The notes beneath the pieces were generated by a model, which saw nothing but the letters and a program-made list of their open reading frames with translations, made no database searches and was not told where the DNA came from. From the NCBI GenBank assembly GCA_963711835.1, contig CAVQFQ010000004.1:160001-224000 (forward strand): a DNA stretch of 64,000 nucleotides. Reading direction: 5' to 3'. The position numbers and the translations under genes are program-made. How positions within the stretch are numbered: position 1 is the first letter of the stretch; each line of letters starts with the position of its first letter. The DNA is from an uncultured delta proteobacterium (GTDB lineage: Bacteria; Desulfobacterota; RBG-13-43-22). Below, piece by piece: positions 31,801 to 41,063 of this stretch.

Positions 31801-32055
31801 GTGGTAGAAAAAGGTGGCCGGGTCCTTATCGGCCTCTGCTACCTGGTACCAGAGGTTGGGAATTCTCCGGTCTTGCAGATAGGAACTGACCAGGGTCGTC
31901 TTGCCGCTGCCTGCCGGCCCGGAGACCCAGATGACCGGCCCGTCTTGAAAACGGTCCAGTCGCTCAAACAACCGCTCCCGGAGAACGGCTTTCCGGATGA
32001 CCGGCCGGCTGCCTCTTCTTGGAGAGATCCTTTTGGAGGAATTATTAACAGGCAC
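28824..32055 (-). pseudogene. MalT-like STAND ATPase-TPR-wHTH-BTAD (SARP-type) regulator with one +1 frameshift near 29976 (real or sequencing error)
   Basis: GPAGSGKTT, VLVLDNF, GWAAGL, YQYHPLFR in 29887-32055; TLGQF, LADALWPE..LRTTLHRLR and BTAD helices in 28824-29993. Removing one base joins EQAL to AFAIDTGAP, giving 1076 aa. Confidence 0.85.
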
Positions 32056-32147
32056 CTCCCTTTTATTATTTTTGTCAGGTGAGGCGGTTGTTCAATAATT
32101 CAAAGACATCTTGGAATGATCTTTGTCGCCTTCTTGCCATAGTCTAA

Positions 32148-32582
32148 TCATGTATTCAATCGTCCATGACGGCCGCGATTTAATTTTTTGATTGTAATAA
32201 CACCTTGAAGCTGAAAAAGTTCGGGGTCTCCAGTCACAAGGATAGCCCCAAGTTGTTTGGCTTCAGCGGCGGCAAAGGCATCGGCATAAGAAATGGCATA
32301 ATCCATTTTAAGGGCGGCCGCCGCCAAAACCGTTTTGTCGGTCGCCGGACGGATGGTTAAAGGCAGTCGATAAATGTTTTTTAATGTATCCTCGGCCTCG
32401 TTTCGACCTTTTTCTTTCCCGATCCGATAATAAATTTCCCCTACATTAATGATGGAAATGAAAAGATCCGCCTTTCGATCCAGGCCTTCTTGAAGCAGTT
32501 TACGAACTTGCGAGGCAGCCGGTTCTTCCTTCTGGAGCAGGGCCAAGAAAGCCCAGGCATCAAGAAGATAGATTTTGCTCAT
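32148..32582 (-). CDS. vapC: VapC-family PIN toxin
   Basis: YLLDAWA, NVGEIYY, SYADAF, LVTGDPE. Confidence 0.9.
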   Translation of the reverse strand: MSKIYLLDAWAFLALLQKEEPAASQVRKLLQEGLDRKADLFISIINVGEIYYRIGKEKGRNEAEDTLKNIYRLPLTIRPATDKTVLAAAALKMDYAISYADAFAAAEAKQLGAILVTGDPELFQLQGVITIKKLNRGRHGRLNT

Positions 32583-32811
32583 GTTGAATCTCTTGCCGGT
32601 GTTCTTTTTCTAAGGCACCAAGCAAGTCCGTCCCCGAATACCGTCCGTACAATTGATCAATCGGGGAAGACGCCGAGATCAATTCCAAGACAATTTTCTT
32701 TTCAACAACCTCAACGTGAAATTGAGTCCCGGTGCCCAAGGAAAGAGTCCGACGAATAGTCTTAGGAATGATCAGTTGTCCTTTTGATGAGAGTTTAGCT
32801 GTTAAAGCCAC
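32560..32811 (-). CDS. AbrB/MazE/SpoVT-family antitoxin
   Basis: AKLSSKGQLIIPKTIRRTL; overlaps the vapC start. Confidence 0.9.
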   Translation of the reverse strand: MALTAKLSSKGQLIIPKTIRRTLSLGTGTQFHVEVVEKKIVLELISASSPIDQLYGRYSGTDLLGALEKEHRQEIQHEQNLSS

Positions 32812-32825
32812 TTTGTTTCTCCACT

Positions 32826-32872
32826 TCTTACTTTTTTAACAAAATAGTAAGATAATTCCCCGGGCTTGTCAA
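32826..32872 (-). promoter_or_regulatory. vapBC sigma70 promoter with overlapping palindromic operator
   Basis: TTGACA (32872-32867), 17 nt, TACTAT (32849-32844); inverted repeat TCTTACT-N13-AGTAAGA at 32826-32852. Confidence 0.75.
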
Positions 32873-32957
32873 GACCTAAAATATCCTTCCACTATTATCT
32901 CCCTGGTAACATTTATAGGCAGAAATGCCGGCGCAGTCGGTATTTCTGCCTATGGTC

Positions 32958-33779
32958 TTACCTTTTCAAGGCCCGGGCATAGGCCAAGACGGCCTGGACA
33001 TAATTATCGCAGTGGTTGTAGGCGTACAGGGCTTCCTTCTTCTTAGCCGAATCCTTCAGGGACCATCCGAACGACTTCAGGTAATTGGCCATGCTGGCCA
33101 AGGCATCGGTCAGATTGTCGAGGTCCACGATCCCGTCGTCGTTTCCATCCACACCATATTTTACATAGGAGGAAGGCACAAACTGAGGAAGGCCGAAGGC
33201 CCCGGCCCAGGAACCCTTGATGGAGAGTGGATCCCTGTTCTGCTCCCGGGAAAATCGAAGCAGCTGCCCCAGTTCCTCTCCGGCCCAGTCGGAACGCCGG
33301 TTTTCAATCAGGGCCATGGTCAGCAGGCTGTTGAATATGGGAGTGTTTCCCACAAACCGGCCGAAGTTGGTTTCGATTCGGAGGAGAGCCACCAGGACCT
33401 CCCGGCCCACCCCGTAGGCAGACTCGATCTTCCCCAGTATATGCCGGTTGTCTCGCATTACGTTTTTCCCCTGTTTCACCGATATTTTGGTGAGCAGTCC
33501 GAAACGCCGACTGGTGTAATCCAGCCCCTTACCCCTCCGCTCGACAATCTCCGGGTAGAGCGTCACCCGGGGATCAGAAAAAACCCGAGCGAGGTCCTCC
33601 TCCGACAGGCCACGCGCTTTGAGCCTTAATAGAAGATCGTCCAGCCTTCCGTTATCAGCCGAAACCGGGGCCGCCAGGCCGGCGGTGTAAGCGGCGATGA
33701 GCAGAAAAACGCTCAGGCAAAAACCCGCGATGTGGGAACCCCCCAGCCGATTTAAATAAGTCTGAATTTTCCACTTCAT
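32958..33779 (-). CDS. mltB: Lytic murein transglycosylase B family
   Basis: IETNFG, GSWAGAFGLPQFVPSSY, DGNDDG.VDL, SMANYL, YNH; ATGA overlap with oppF. Confidence 0.88.
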   Translation of the reverse strand: MKWKIQTYLNRLGGSHIAGFCLSVFLLIAAYTAGLAAPVSADNGRLDDLLLRLKARGLSEEDLARVFSDPRVTLYPEIVERRGKGLDYTSRRFGLLTKISVKQGKNVMRDNRHILGKIESAYGVGREVLVALLRIETNFGRFVGNTPIFNSLLTMALIENRRSDWAGEELGQLLRFSREQNRDPLSIKGSWAGAFGLPQFVPSSYVKYGVDGNDDGIVDLDNLTDALASMANYLKSFGWSLKDSAKKKEALYAYNHCDNYVQAVLAYARALKR

Positions 33780-34738
33780 GTCGCCTTGATCTCCTCAAAG
33801 AGCAGACAGCGGACACGGTGAGATGAAGAGATGTCGGTGAGAGGAATGGAACCCTCCCGGCATTTCTCCATGACTTGCGGGCAGCGGGAGGCGAAGCGGC
33901 AGCCCGGGGGCGGGTCAACCGGAGAAGGCGGCTCGCCCGGCAGGTGATGGAGGCCGCAGGGCCTGGAAGGATCCAGGGAAGGGATGGAGGCGAACAGGGC
34001 CTGGGTATAAGGATGCAGGGGTTGGGCGAATAGTTCCTCTGTAGGCGCCTCTTCCATGACCTGGCCCACATACATGACCAGTACCCGGTCGGCAATGTGG
34101 CGCACCACCGACAGGTCGTGGGCCACGATAAGATAGGAAAGAGAGAATTTTTCCTGAAGCTCTTCCAGCAGGTTCAGGATCTGGGCTTGTATTGAAACGT
34201 CCAGGGCCGAAACCGGTTCATCACAGACAATGAACGACGGCCCCACGGCCAGGGCCCGGGCAATGCCGATCCGCTGCCTCTGGCCCCCGGAAAATTCGTG
34301 GGGATAACGCGACCCGTCTTCCTGGGAGAGCCCGACAATATCCAGGAGCTCCCCTACCCTCTTCTCCCTTTTGGGTTCGCCCATGATGGCCAATCCCTCT
34401 CCGACGATATCCACAACCGTCATCCTTGGATTGAGGGATCCGAAGGGGTCCTGAAAAACGATCTGCATTCTCCCTCGATATTCTTTCAATGATTTCCGAT
34501 CAAGACCGGCAATATCATGGCCTTCAAAGAGGATGCTCCCCGCCGTAGGACGCAGTAGTCTGACCAGGCACTTGCCCACCGTGGTCTTGCCGCAGCCGGA
34601 TTCCCCAACCAGGGCCAGGGTTTCTCCCTTCCCGACCGAAAAGGAAACCTGGTCCACAGCCTTGACGTATCCGGCGGCACGGCCCAAAAGCCCGCGCTTT
34701 ACGGGAAAATACATTTTCAGGTCTTTGACCTCAAGCAC
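33776..34738 (-). CDS. oppF: Oligopeptide ABC transporter ATP-binding subunit (OppF/DppF)
   Basis: GESGCGKTT, FSGGQRQRIG, DEPVSALD, GCRFASRCP. Confidence 0.9.
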   Translation of the reverse strand: MLEVKDLKMYFPVKRGLLGRAAGYVKAVDQVSFSVGKGETLALVGESGCGKTTVGKCLVRLLRPTAGSILFEGHDIAGLDRKSLKEYRGRMQIVFQDPFGSLNPRMTVVDIVGEGLAIMGEPKREKRVGELLDIVGLSQEDGSRYPHEFSGGQRQRIGIARALAVGPSFIVCDEPVSALDVSIQAQILNLLEELQEKFSLSYLIVAHDLSVVRHIADRVLVMYVGQVMEEAPTEELFAQPLHPYTQALFASIPSLDPSRPCGLHHLPGEPPSPVDPPPGCRFASRCPQVMEKCREGSIPLTDISSSHRVRCLLFEEIKAT

Positions 34739-35780
34739 CCTTCCCTGCCTCTCCTTTCCCCGTGTCTCCGCATCTCACCCTCTCCGCGTCTCCCGTCCCC
34801 CGGGTCCCTCCTTCTCCGCAACGCACCCAGCAGGCGCAACCATGGCCCTTGTCAACTTCTACCAAGGGCGGTTCTTCCGTTCGGCATTGCTCGATGACCA
34901 GAGGGCAGCGGGTGTGGAAGCGGCATCCCGGGGGAAACCGCGTCGCTGAAGGGACGGCCCCGGCAATGGTATGAAGACGCCGACCGCGCTCCGCCCGGCC
35001 CGGCAGGCTCTTAAAAAGCCCCTCGGTGTAGGGGTGCAGAAAAGAAGTAAAGATCGAACGGCAGGGACCGGACTCCACCACCTGGCCGGCGTACATGACC
35101 GCCACTTCGTCCGCCATCTCGGACACGATACCCAGATCATGGGTAATGAGCAGGACGGCCGTGCCGCTCTCGGCCTGGAGGTCCTTGATCAGTCGCAATA
35201 TGCCGGCCTGGATGGTTACATCGAGGGCCGTCGTCGGCTCATCGGCTATCAGCAGGTTGGGTTTGAGGCACAAGGCCATGGCGATCATCACCCTTTGCTT
35301 CATGCCGCCGGAAAGCTGATGCGGGTATTGCTGCATCCGCTGGCGCGGGGCGGAGATCCCGACTTTGGCCAGATATTCCAGGGCAATCTTACCGGCCTCC
35401 CCCTTGCCCATGCCGGTATGGACACGCACGGCCTCCATGATCTGCCCGCCGATGGTGAAGACCGGGTTCAGGCTGGTCATGGGTTCCTGAAAAATCATCG
35501 AGGCCAGGCGGCCTCTGATATCGCGCAGCTCAACCTCGGGAAGGGAGACTATTTCCCGGCCTGATAAGGTTATTTTTCCGCCGACAATCCGGCCCGGGGG
35601 CGAAGGAATCAGCCTCAGGATGGAAAGGGCCGTAACCGACTTGCCGCAGCCCGATTCGCCGACCAAACCGATGGTCCGGTTTTTCCCCAGGCTGATCGAG
35701 ACCCCGTCCACCGCCCTGGCCACGCCGTCGCCGGTGTAGAAGTAGGTCCTCAGGTCTTCTATTTTCAGTACGGGTTCCAA
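34731..35780 (-). CDS. oppD: Oligopeptide ABC transporter ATP-binding subunit (OppD/DppD)
   Basis: GESGCGKS, LSGGMKQR, DEPTTALD, GCRFHTRCP; low-complexity C-terminal tail; start approximate. Confidence 0.9.
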   Translation of the reverse strand: MEPVLKIEDLRTYFYTGDGVARAVDGVSISLGKNRTIGLVGESGCGKSVTALSILRLIPSPPGRIVGGKITLSGREIVSLPEVELRDIRGRLASMIFQEPMTSLNPVFTIGGQIMEAVRVHTGMGKGEAGKIALEYLAKVGISAPRQRMQQYPHQLSGGMKQRVMIAMALCLKPNLLIADEPTTALDVTIQAGILRLIKDLQAESGTAVLLITHDLGIVSEMADEVAVMYAGQVVESGPCRSIFTSFLHPYTEGLFKSLPGRAERGRRLHTIAGAVPSATRFPPGCRFHTRCPLVIEQCRTEEPPLVEVDKGHGCACWVRCGEGGTRGTGDAERVRCGDTGKGEAGKGA

Positions 35781-35821
35781 TCGCTTCTGTCGGCCTCTCA
35801 AAAAAAAGGAAGAGAAAATAC

Positions 35822-36025
35822 TTTGCCACGGACAAAGACTGGACAGGGTGGCGGTCCACTGAGGCGGACCGCCACCTTAATCGCCAGCGCCTTTGGCGCA
35901 TATCAGGTTCTTATGCGAAGCGATGGCCTGTTTTGCCTGTTCATTAGCCTGCCCCGTAGGCATTAATACAGGGTCGAACAGGCAAAAATAATTGTCCGTT
36001 TTTGTCTGTGTGGGTCTGTGGTAAA
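35822..36025. mobile_element. MITE/REP-like element inside the opp operon
   Basis: Imperfect inverted ends TTTGCCACGGAC...GTCTGTGGTAAA; internal GGTGGCGGTCC/GGACCGCCACC and TTTTGCCTGTTC/GAACAGGCAAAA stems; arm repeated at 5396-5448. Confidence 0.7.
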
Positions 36026-36030
36026 AAAAC

Positions 36031-37026
36031 TCACCCCTGTCTCAGGCGCGGATCCATAGCGTCGCGCAGGGCATCCGCAAAAAGATTAAAAGCCAGCACC
36101 AGCACGAACAAGAAGATCGAGGCCCCGGTCAGGTTCCACCAGATGGCATTGGGCAGTTCCCGGTCGGCCATCATGATCATCCTGCCCCAGCTCCCTGTTC
36201 CCGGCTCCACCCCGATACCGATGTAGGTCAGCACGGTCTCGGACATGACCAGTGAAGAAAAGTCCAGGGTCATCTCAATAATGACCAGATATAAGACATT
36301 GGGCAGGATATGCCTGAAAAGCAGCCGCAGATCCCCGGCCCCCAGGGCCCGGGCGGCCTCGATGTACTCCATGTTCTTGACCTTAAGGGTCTCGCCCCGG
36401 ATGAGCCGGCAGAGGCCCACCCAGGAGGTAACCCCAAGGGCGACGCAGAGCTGCCACAACCCCCGTTCCATCACCATAAGCATGGCGATCAGCAGCAGGA
36501 TGCCCGGAATGGAAGAGAGCACCTGATAGATGTACTGGATCAGGTCATCCACCCAGCCGCCGTAATAACCGGCCAACAGCCCGAGAAGGATGGCAAAGAA
36601 AACAGCCACCAGCGAGGGAACGATCCCGATGATGAAGGCCGTCCTCACCCCTTTGAGGGCGTTGTAAAGCACATCCTCCCCCAGGTTGTTGGTTCCCAGC
36701 AGGTGACGCGACTTCAGTGAAAACTCCTGGCGGTTGAGGACGCCTTTTTCAGCCAGGGGAGGCGAATAGGAGCGTTCGACCTCCTTCTGAAATAGGGCGT
36801 CAAGGACGGTCCGATTCCACTTGAGGCCGCCGGCACCTTGTTGTGGCAGAGGTATCGAATCCATAAGGGCGACCAGAGCGAAGAGACAGATGACGCAGAA
36901 ACCTGCCCAGGCCAGCCTGTCTTTCCTGATCCGCTTTGTGGCAATTTTTAGATGTGATTCCGCCAACTCCGTTTTACCTCTTTTGCGCCCTTTGCGCCTT
37001 TGCGGTGGAATATGCTTTTCATTCAA
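36031..37026 (-). CDS. oppC: Oligopeptide ABC transporter permease (OppC/DppC)
   Basis: HLLGTNNLGEDV, EYIEAARALGA, HILPN. Confidence 0.9.
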   Translation of the reverse strand: MNEKHIPPQRRKGRKRGKTELAESHLKIATKRIRKDRLAWAGFCVICLFALVALMDSIPLPQQGAGGLKWNRTVLDALFQKEVERSYSPPLAEKGVLNRQEFSLKSRHLLGTNNLGEDVLYNALKGVRTAFIIGIVPSLVAVFFAILLGLLAGYYGGWVDDLIQYIYQVLSSIPGILLLIAMLMVMERGLWQLCVALGVTSWVGLCRLIRGETLKVKNMEYIEAARALGAGDLRLLFRHILPNVLYLVIIEMTLDFSSLVMSETVLTYIGIGVEPGTGSWGRMIMMADRELPNAIWWNLTGASIFLFVLVLAFNLFADALRDAMDPRLRQG

Positions 37027-38002
37027 AGGCCACCCGGGGATCTACCAGGGTGTAGCTGATGTCCGTCAGGATGCTGCCGGCAATGTAAAGCAGTGAATAG
37101 ATATAAACCAGGGTCCGAATGACCGGATAATCGTGATTGTTGATGGCGTTGAGCATCAGGTTGCCCATGCCGGGAATGCCGAAATACATCTCGAGCAGCA
37201 AGCTCCCGGTGATAAGAAAAGGGATGGAAAGCACGGTGACCGTCAGGATGGGGATCATGGCGTTCTTGAGCACATGTTTAAAAAGCACCCCCTCCTCGCT
37301 TACCCCCTTGGCCAGGGCGGTGCGGACATAATCGGCCCGCACCTCATTGAGCATGACGGTCCGATAGAACCGGACCCCTCCTCCCAATCCGGCGGCCACG
37401 GCCAGGATAACCGGCAGGAGTACGAACTTCCAGGCCCCGGCGCCGAATTCATAACCGTAGATGGGGAAGTATTTGAACACAACCGCCAGCAGGTATTGGC
37501 CGACGATGATGTAATTCAGAATGACGATGCTCATCAGTATGACACAGATAAATAAGGCCAGCCGGTCGATGTACGTGCCGCGGTAAAAGGCAATAAAAAG
37601 CGCAATAGGCAAGGTCACCAGGATAGAGAGCAGGAAAGCCGGAATGGTGATCGTCAGTGAAGGACCGATCTTCTGCTTCAATAGGTCGCTCACCTGTTCA
37701 TGGAGATAATCCGATTTGGGGAATTTAAAGAGTAAAAGCTCTTTCATGTGATTCCAGAAGCGGCTGTCGAAGGCCTGAATGCGGCCGTCCTTTCCGGGTT
37801 TAAAATTAAAAAAGAGGGGCTTGTCCATGCCGTGGGCCTTGACCCAGGCCGTGACTTGCTTCTCGGTCGGGTTCTTTCCAAGCTGTTTCCGGGCGATCGC
37901 CTCGGGTGAGGCGAAGACATTGAAAAGCAGAAAAGTAACCAGGCAGACCCCGATCACGGTGGGAATGGCCAGCAGCAGACGGCGGATGATATAGGTCAGC
38001 AC
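37019..38002 (-). CDS. oppB: Oligopeptide ABC transporter permease (OppB/DppB)
   Basis: YIIRRLL, DYVRTALAKG, HVLKNA, DISYTLVDPR. Confidence 0.9.
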   Translation of the reverse strand: MLTYIIRRLLLAIPTVIGVCLVTFLLFNVFASPEAIARKQLGKNPTEKQVTAWVKAHGMDKPLFFNFKPGKDGRIQAFDSRFWNHMKELLLFKFPKSDYLHEQVSDLLKQKIGPSLTITIPAFLLSILVTLPIALFIAFYRGTYIDRLALFICVILMSIVILNYIIVGQYLLAVVFKYFPIYGYEFGAGAWKFVLLPVILAVAAGLGGGVRFYRTVMLNEVRADYVRTALAKGVSEEGVLFKHVLKNAMIPILTVTVLSIPFLITGSLLLEMYFGIPGMGNLMLNAINNHDYPVIRTLVYIYSLLYIAGSILTDISYTLVDPRVAFE

Positions 38003-39946
38003 TTACTTCCTCCTTCTTCGATAGGTCAGCACCATGGCCGGGATTGAAATGGCCAGCAGCAGCAGGGCGGCGTAGAGCAGGATCCTCACGTTGGGCCGGT
38101 TTTCGGCCTCCCGGTAGGCCCGCCTCATTTCCGGATCAATCCGGATATACTTCCGGTAGTTGCCGGAGATGCTGTGGGACTTGCCGTTTTTTACCCAGGC
38201 CTGGCGTAAGACATAGGAGGGGGAATGAATATTGAAGATCCAGGGGCACTCCTCGACCACGATGGCCACCATCTTCCGGATCACCGCCTCCCGCTCCGGC
38301 GTGTTTTCCATGATCTTCATCTGCTCGTAGAGGCGGTCGTATTCCGGATTGGCAAAGGAAGAACCGTTCGGGTTGGGGGGGGCGTTGGGGCCGTAGAGCA
38401 GTTGAAGAAAGTTTTCCGGGTCGGGATAATCGGCATTCCAGCCCAGGGAAAACATCTGGAAGGTCCCTTTGTGGCTTCGTTCCAGGTGCTGAGACCAGGT
38501 ATTCACCTGGAGCTTCATCTTGAGCCCGAGCTGTTCAAAACAGCGCATGTCGAAGGTGGCCACCTCACGGGCCCGGGTGGAGTCGGACCCTATGTCATAG
38601 GTCAATTCCAGCGGTTTGCCGGTCTTGGGATCAATCCCTTCTGGATAACCGGCCTTGGCCAGAAGCTCCCTGGCCTTGGCCGGGTCATAGGCTTTATAAG
38701 GATTTCTCAAGGTCGGATCGTAGCCGAAAATACCCGGGGGTAAGGGTCCCTGGGCGTTGATGGCCCGGCCGTTCAGGAAGATCTGGTTGTACAGGTCCGT
38801 ATCATAAGCCAGGGACATGGCCTGGCGCAGATATTTGTTCTTTCCCAAAAGGGGGTCGCGCATGTTGAAGGCCAAATAAAAGACCGATAGTTCGCTGGCG
38901 ATTTCGAGCGAGATCCCCTTTTTGACGAATCGGTCCGAAAGCTCCAGGTTTTTGGTAACCACCTTGTCGAACTGCTCCTGGGGGATCCCGGATGCATCCA
39001 GATAACCCTGGAGGAAAAGAAGCCAGACCGGCTGGCCGGCGGATATGATGGTGTACCAGACCTCATCCAAAAAAGGCAAGTGTTTACCGGCGTCGGCCAG
39101 GAGGCCTTTCTCCCGGTCGCCCGGAGCGCCGCTTAAAGGATAAGTTTCCTTTCTGAAGCTGGGGCTTCTGTCCATGATGATCCGGTGCTGCCGCTTCCAC
39201 TGTTTGAGCCGGTAAGCGCCGGTCCCGACCGGATGGCGGGAAAAGCCTTCCCGCCCAGGGGCGTTGTAATAGTCCACCGCTTCCCTGGCCACCGGAGCGG
39301 TGTAAGGCATGCTCATCACATAAATAAAAGCCGGAAAGGGCTCGGTCAAGGTGACTTTCAAGGTCTGGTCGTCAAGGGCCTTCAGCCCTTCGATCTCCCA
39401 GACATAATCCGCTTTCCCGGCCGCGACGGCCCGGTTGAAAAAGGCATCTAACCCTTTTATTTTGCCCGAAACCAGCCAATAGCCGGTGGATTGAACCGCC
39501 GGATCAGCCAGTCTTTTAATGGCATAGATCACATCATCGGCGGTCACGCGACGCCCCCTGCCTCCCGGGAAACAGGGATCATCCTGGAAAAAGATGTCCG
39601 GCCTCAATTTGAATTGATATTCCATCCTGGCCTTTTTGACCCTTTTCCCTTTCTCCTGCACCTCCTCGTAAAAAATCCGCTTCTCCGGAAAGGCGGCCGC
39701 CAGGGCCGGTATAACCGTGTAGGGCCGGTCAAGGTAGGCGTTCTGAAAAAGAGAGTCGTATATCTGGCAGAGGATCTCGGCCGAGGTGGTGTCGGAAACC
39801 TGCGCCGGATCAAGGGTCCTGGGGTCTTCGCCGAGGGCGGCGTAGCCGATCAATTTTCGGTCTTCCGGAGGATAGGGGTTGTTTCCGCAGGCCTGGACAA
39901 AGGCCGTCAGCATTAAAGCAAGCCATAAAATTCTATTTTTTTTCAT
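38003..39946 (-). CDS. oppA: Family 5 solute-binding lipoprotein with C-terminal TM helix
   Basis: Lipobox VQAC, TLDPA, PVGTGAY, GWNADYPDPENFL; hydrophobic C-terminus followed by RRRRK. Confidence 0.88.
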   Translation of the reverse strand: MKKNRILWLALMLTAFVQACGNNPYPPEDRKLIGYAALGEDPRTLDPAQVSDTTSAEILCQIYDSLFQNAYLDRPYTVIPALAAAFPEKRIFYEEVQEKGKRVKKARMEYQFKLRPDIFFQDDPCFPGGRGRRVTADDVIYAIKRLADPAVQSTGYWLVSGKIKGLDAFFNRAVAAGKADYVWEIEGLKALDDQTLKVTLTEPFPAFIYVMSMPYTAPVAREAVDYYNAPGREGFSRHPVGTGAYRLKQWKRQHRIIMDRSPSFRKETYPLSGAPGDREKGLLADAGKHLPFLDEVWYTIISAGQPVWLLFLQGYLDASGIPQEQFDKVVTKNLELSDRFVKKGISLEIASELSVFYLAFNMRDPLLGKNKYLRQAMSLAYDTDLYNQIFLNGRAINAQGPLPPGIFGYDPTLRNPYKAYDPAKARELLAKAGYPEGIDPKTGKPLELTYDIGSDSTRAREVATFDMRCFEQLGLKMKLQVNTWSQHLERSHKGTFQMFSLGWNADYPDPENFLQLLYGPNAPPNPNGSSFANPEYDRLYEQMKIMENTPEREAVIRKMVAIVVEECPWIFNIHSPSYVLRQAWVKNGKSHSISGNYRKYIRIDPEMRRAYREAENRPNVRILLYAALLLLAISIPAMVLTYRRRRK

Positions 39947-40220
39947 TCTTACCCTTTAGACAACCCCAGAAAAAAGACCCCCCGGTCCCTGTTGGTCACT
40001 ATTATTTTGAGACCCTTAATAAATAATGACCTTAGGGCTTGATTATCTTTTTTAGATTTGTTGAATATAAAATAGGGAGGTAATGGGGGTCAAGGGGAAA
40101 GATTTGGGCCTTGAGCAAGGAAAGCCGGGCTTAAGGAATCCCAAGGGCTGAAAAGGGCGGCCTGTTGTTTTCGCTTGATTAGTATGGTATGGGTCAGAAA
40201 CGGAATCCGAAACAGAGGAC

Positions 40221-40976
40221 ATGGCCATGCCCGTTCAGGTAAAATTGGATCACCTTACCATTGTGCTGCATCAACCCCGCTTTGCCGAAAACATCGGCTC
40301 CACGGCCCGGGCAGCCTGGAACATGGGGCTGACTCATTTAGCGGTGGTCAATCCCGAAGATACCGACTGGGAACGGATGACCAAGCTTTCAACCCATGTG
40401 GCCCGGGGACTCCTGGAAAAAATGGAGGTCCATACTTCCCTGGCCGAGGCCCTGGCCCCGTATCAGTTTATCATCGGCACAACGGCCCGATTGGGGGGAC
40501 AGCGAAAAGAACTCATCACCCCGAACCAGGCCGCCCAAAAAGTCCGTTCCCTGGGAAACCGGAACCGGGTGGCTCTCCTTTTCGGACCGGAGAACCGGGG
40601 CCTCAGCAACGAGGAATTGCGTTTTTGCCAGACCGTGGTAAATATCCCGACCGCTTCCGAGAGTTCCCTCAACCTGGCCCAGGCCGTATTGATCCTTTGT
40701 TATGAAATCCTTCTGGCCCTTCAGGAAGAGAGTCCCGAACCCGCCCTCCCGCCTCTGGCAACCTCCTTTGAACTGGAGGGAATGTATCGGCATCTTTCCG
40801 AGGTGCTTCAGATGATGGATTTTCTGGATGACCAAAACCCCGAACTCTGGATGATGAGCCTGCGACGATTTTTTGCCCGCACCGGCCTTCACTCGAACGA
40901 GGTCCGCCTGATACGCGGGATCTGCCGCCAACTGAAATGGTTCGTCACCAACCAAAGGGAACAAAAATCCGAATGA
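40221..40976 (+). CDS. trmJ: TrmJ/LasT-family SPOUT RNA methyltransferase
   Basis: ENIGSTARA, FGPENRGLSNEEL, SLNLAQAV. Confidence 0.85.
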   Translation: MAMPVQVKLDHLTIVLHQPRFAENIGSTARAAWNMGLTHLAVVNPEDTDWERMTKLSTHVARGLLEKMEVHTSLAEALAPYQFIIGTTARLGGQRKELITPNQAAQKVRSLGNRNRVALLFGPENRGLSNEELRFCQTVVNIPTASESSLNLAQAVLILCYEILLALQEESPEPALPPLATSFELEGMYRHLSEVLQMMDFLDDQNPELWMMSLRRFFARTGLHSNEVRLIRGICRQLKWFVTNQREQKSE

Positions 40977-41020
40977 ATTCTTTTTCCATAATTTTTTGCC
41001 CGTTCTTAATCCTGGGCCTA

Positions 41021-41049
41021 TCGCCTCACGCCTTACGCCTTACGCCTTA
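41021..41049. repeat. Short tandem heptamer repeat (CGCCTTA)
   Basis: tcgcctca-cgcctta-cgcctta-cgcctta. Confidence 0.85.
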
Positions 41050-41063
41050 TGCAGGGGACCTAT

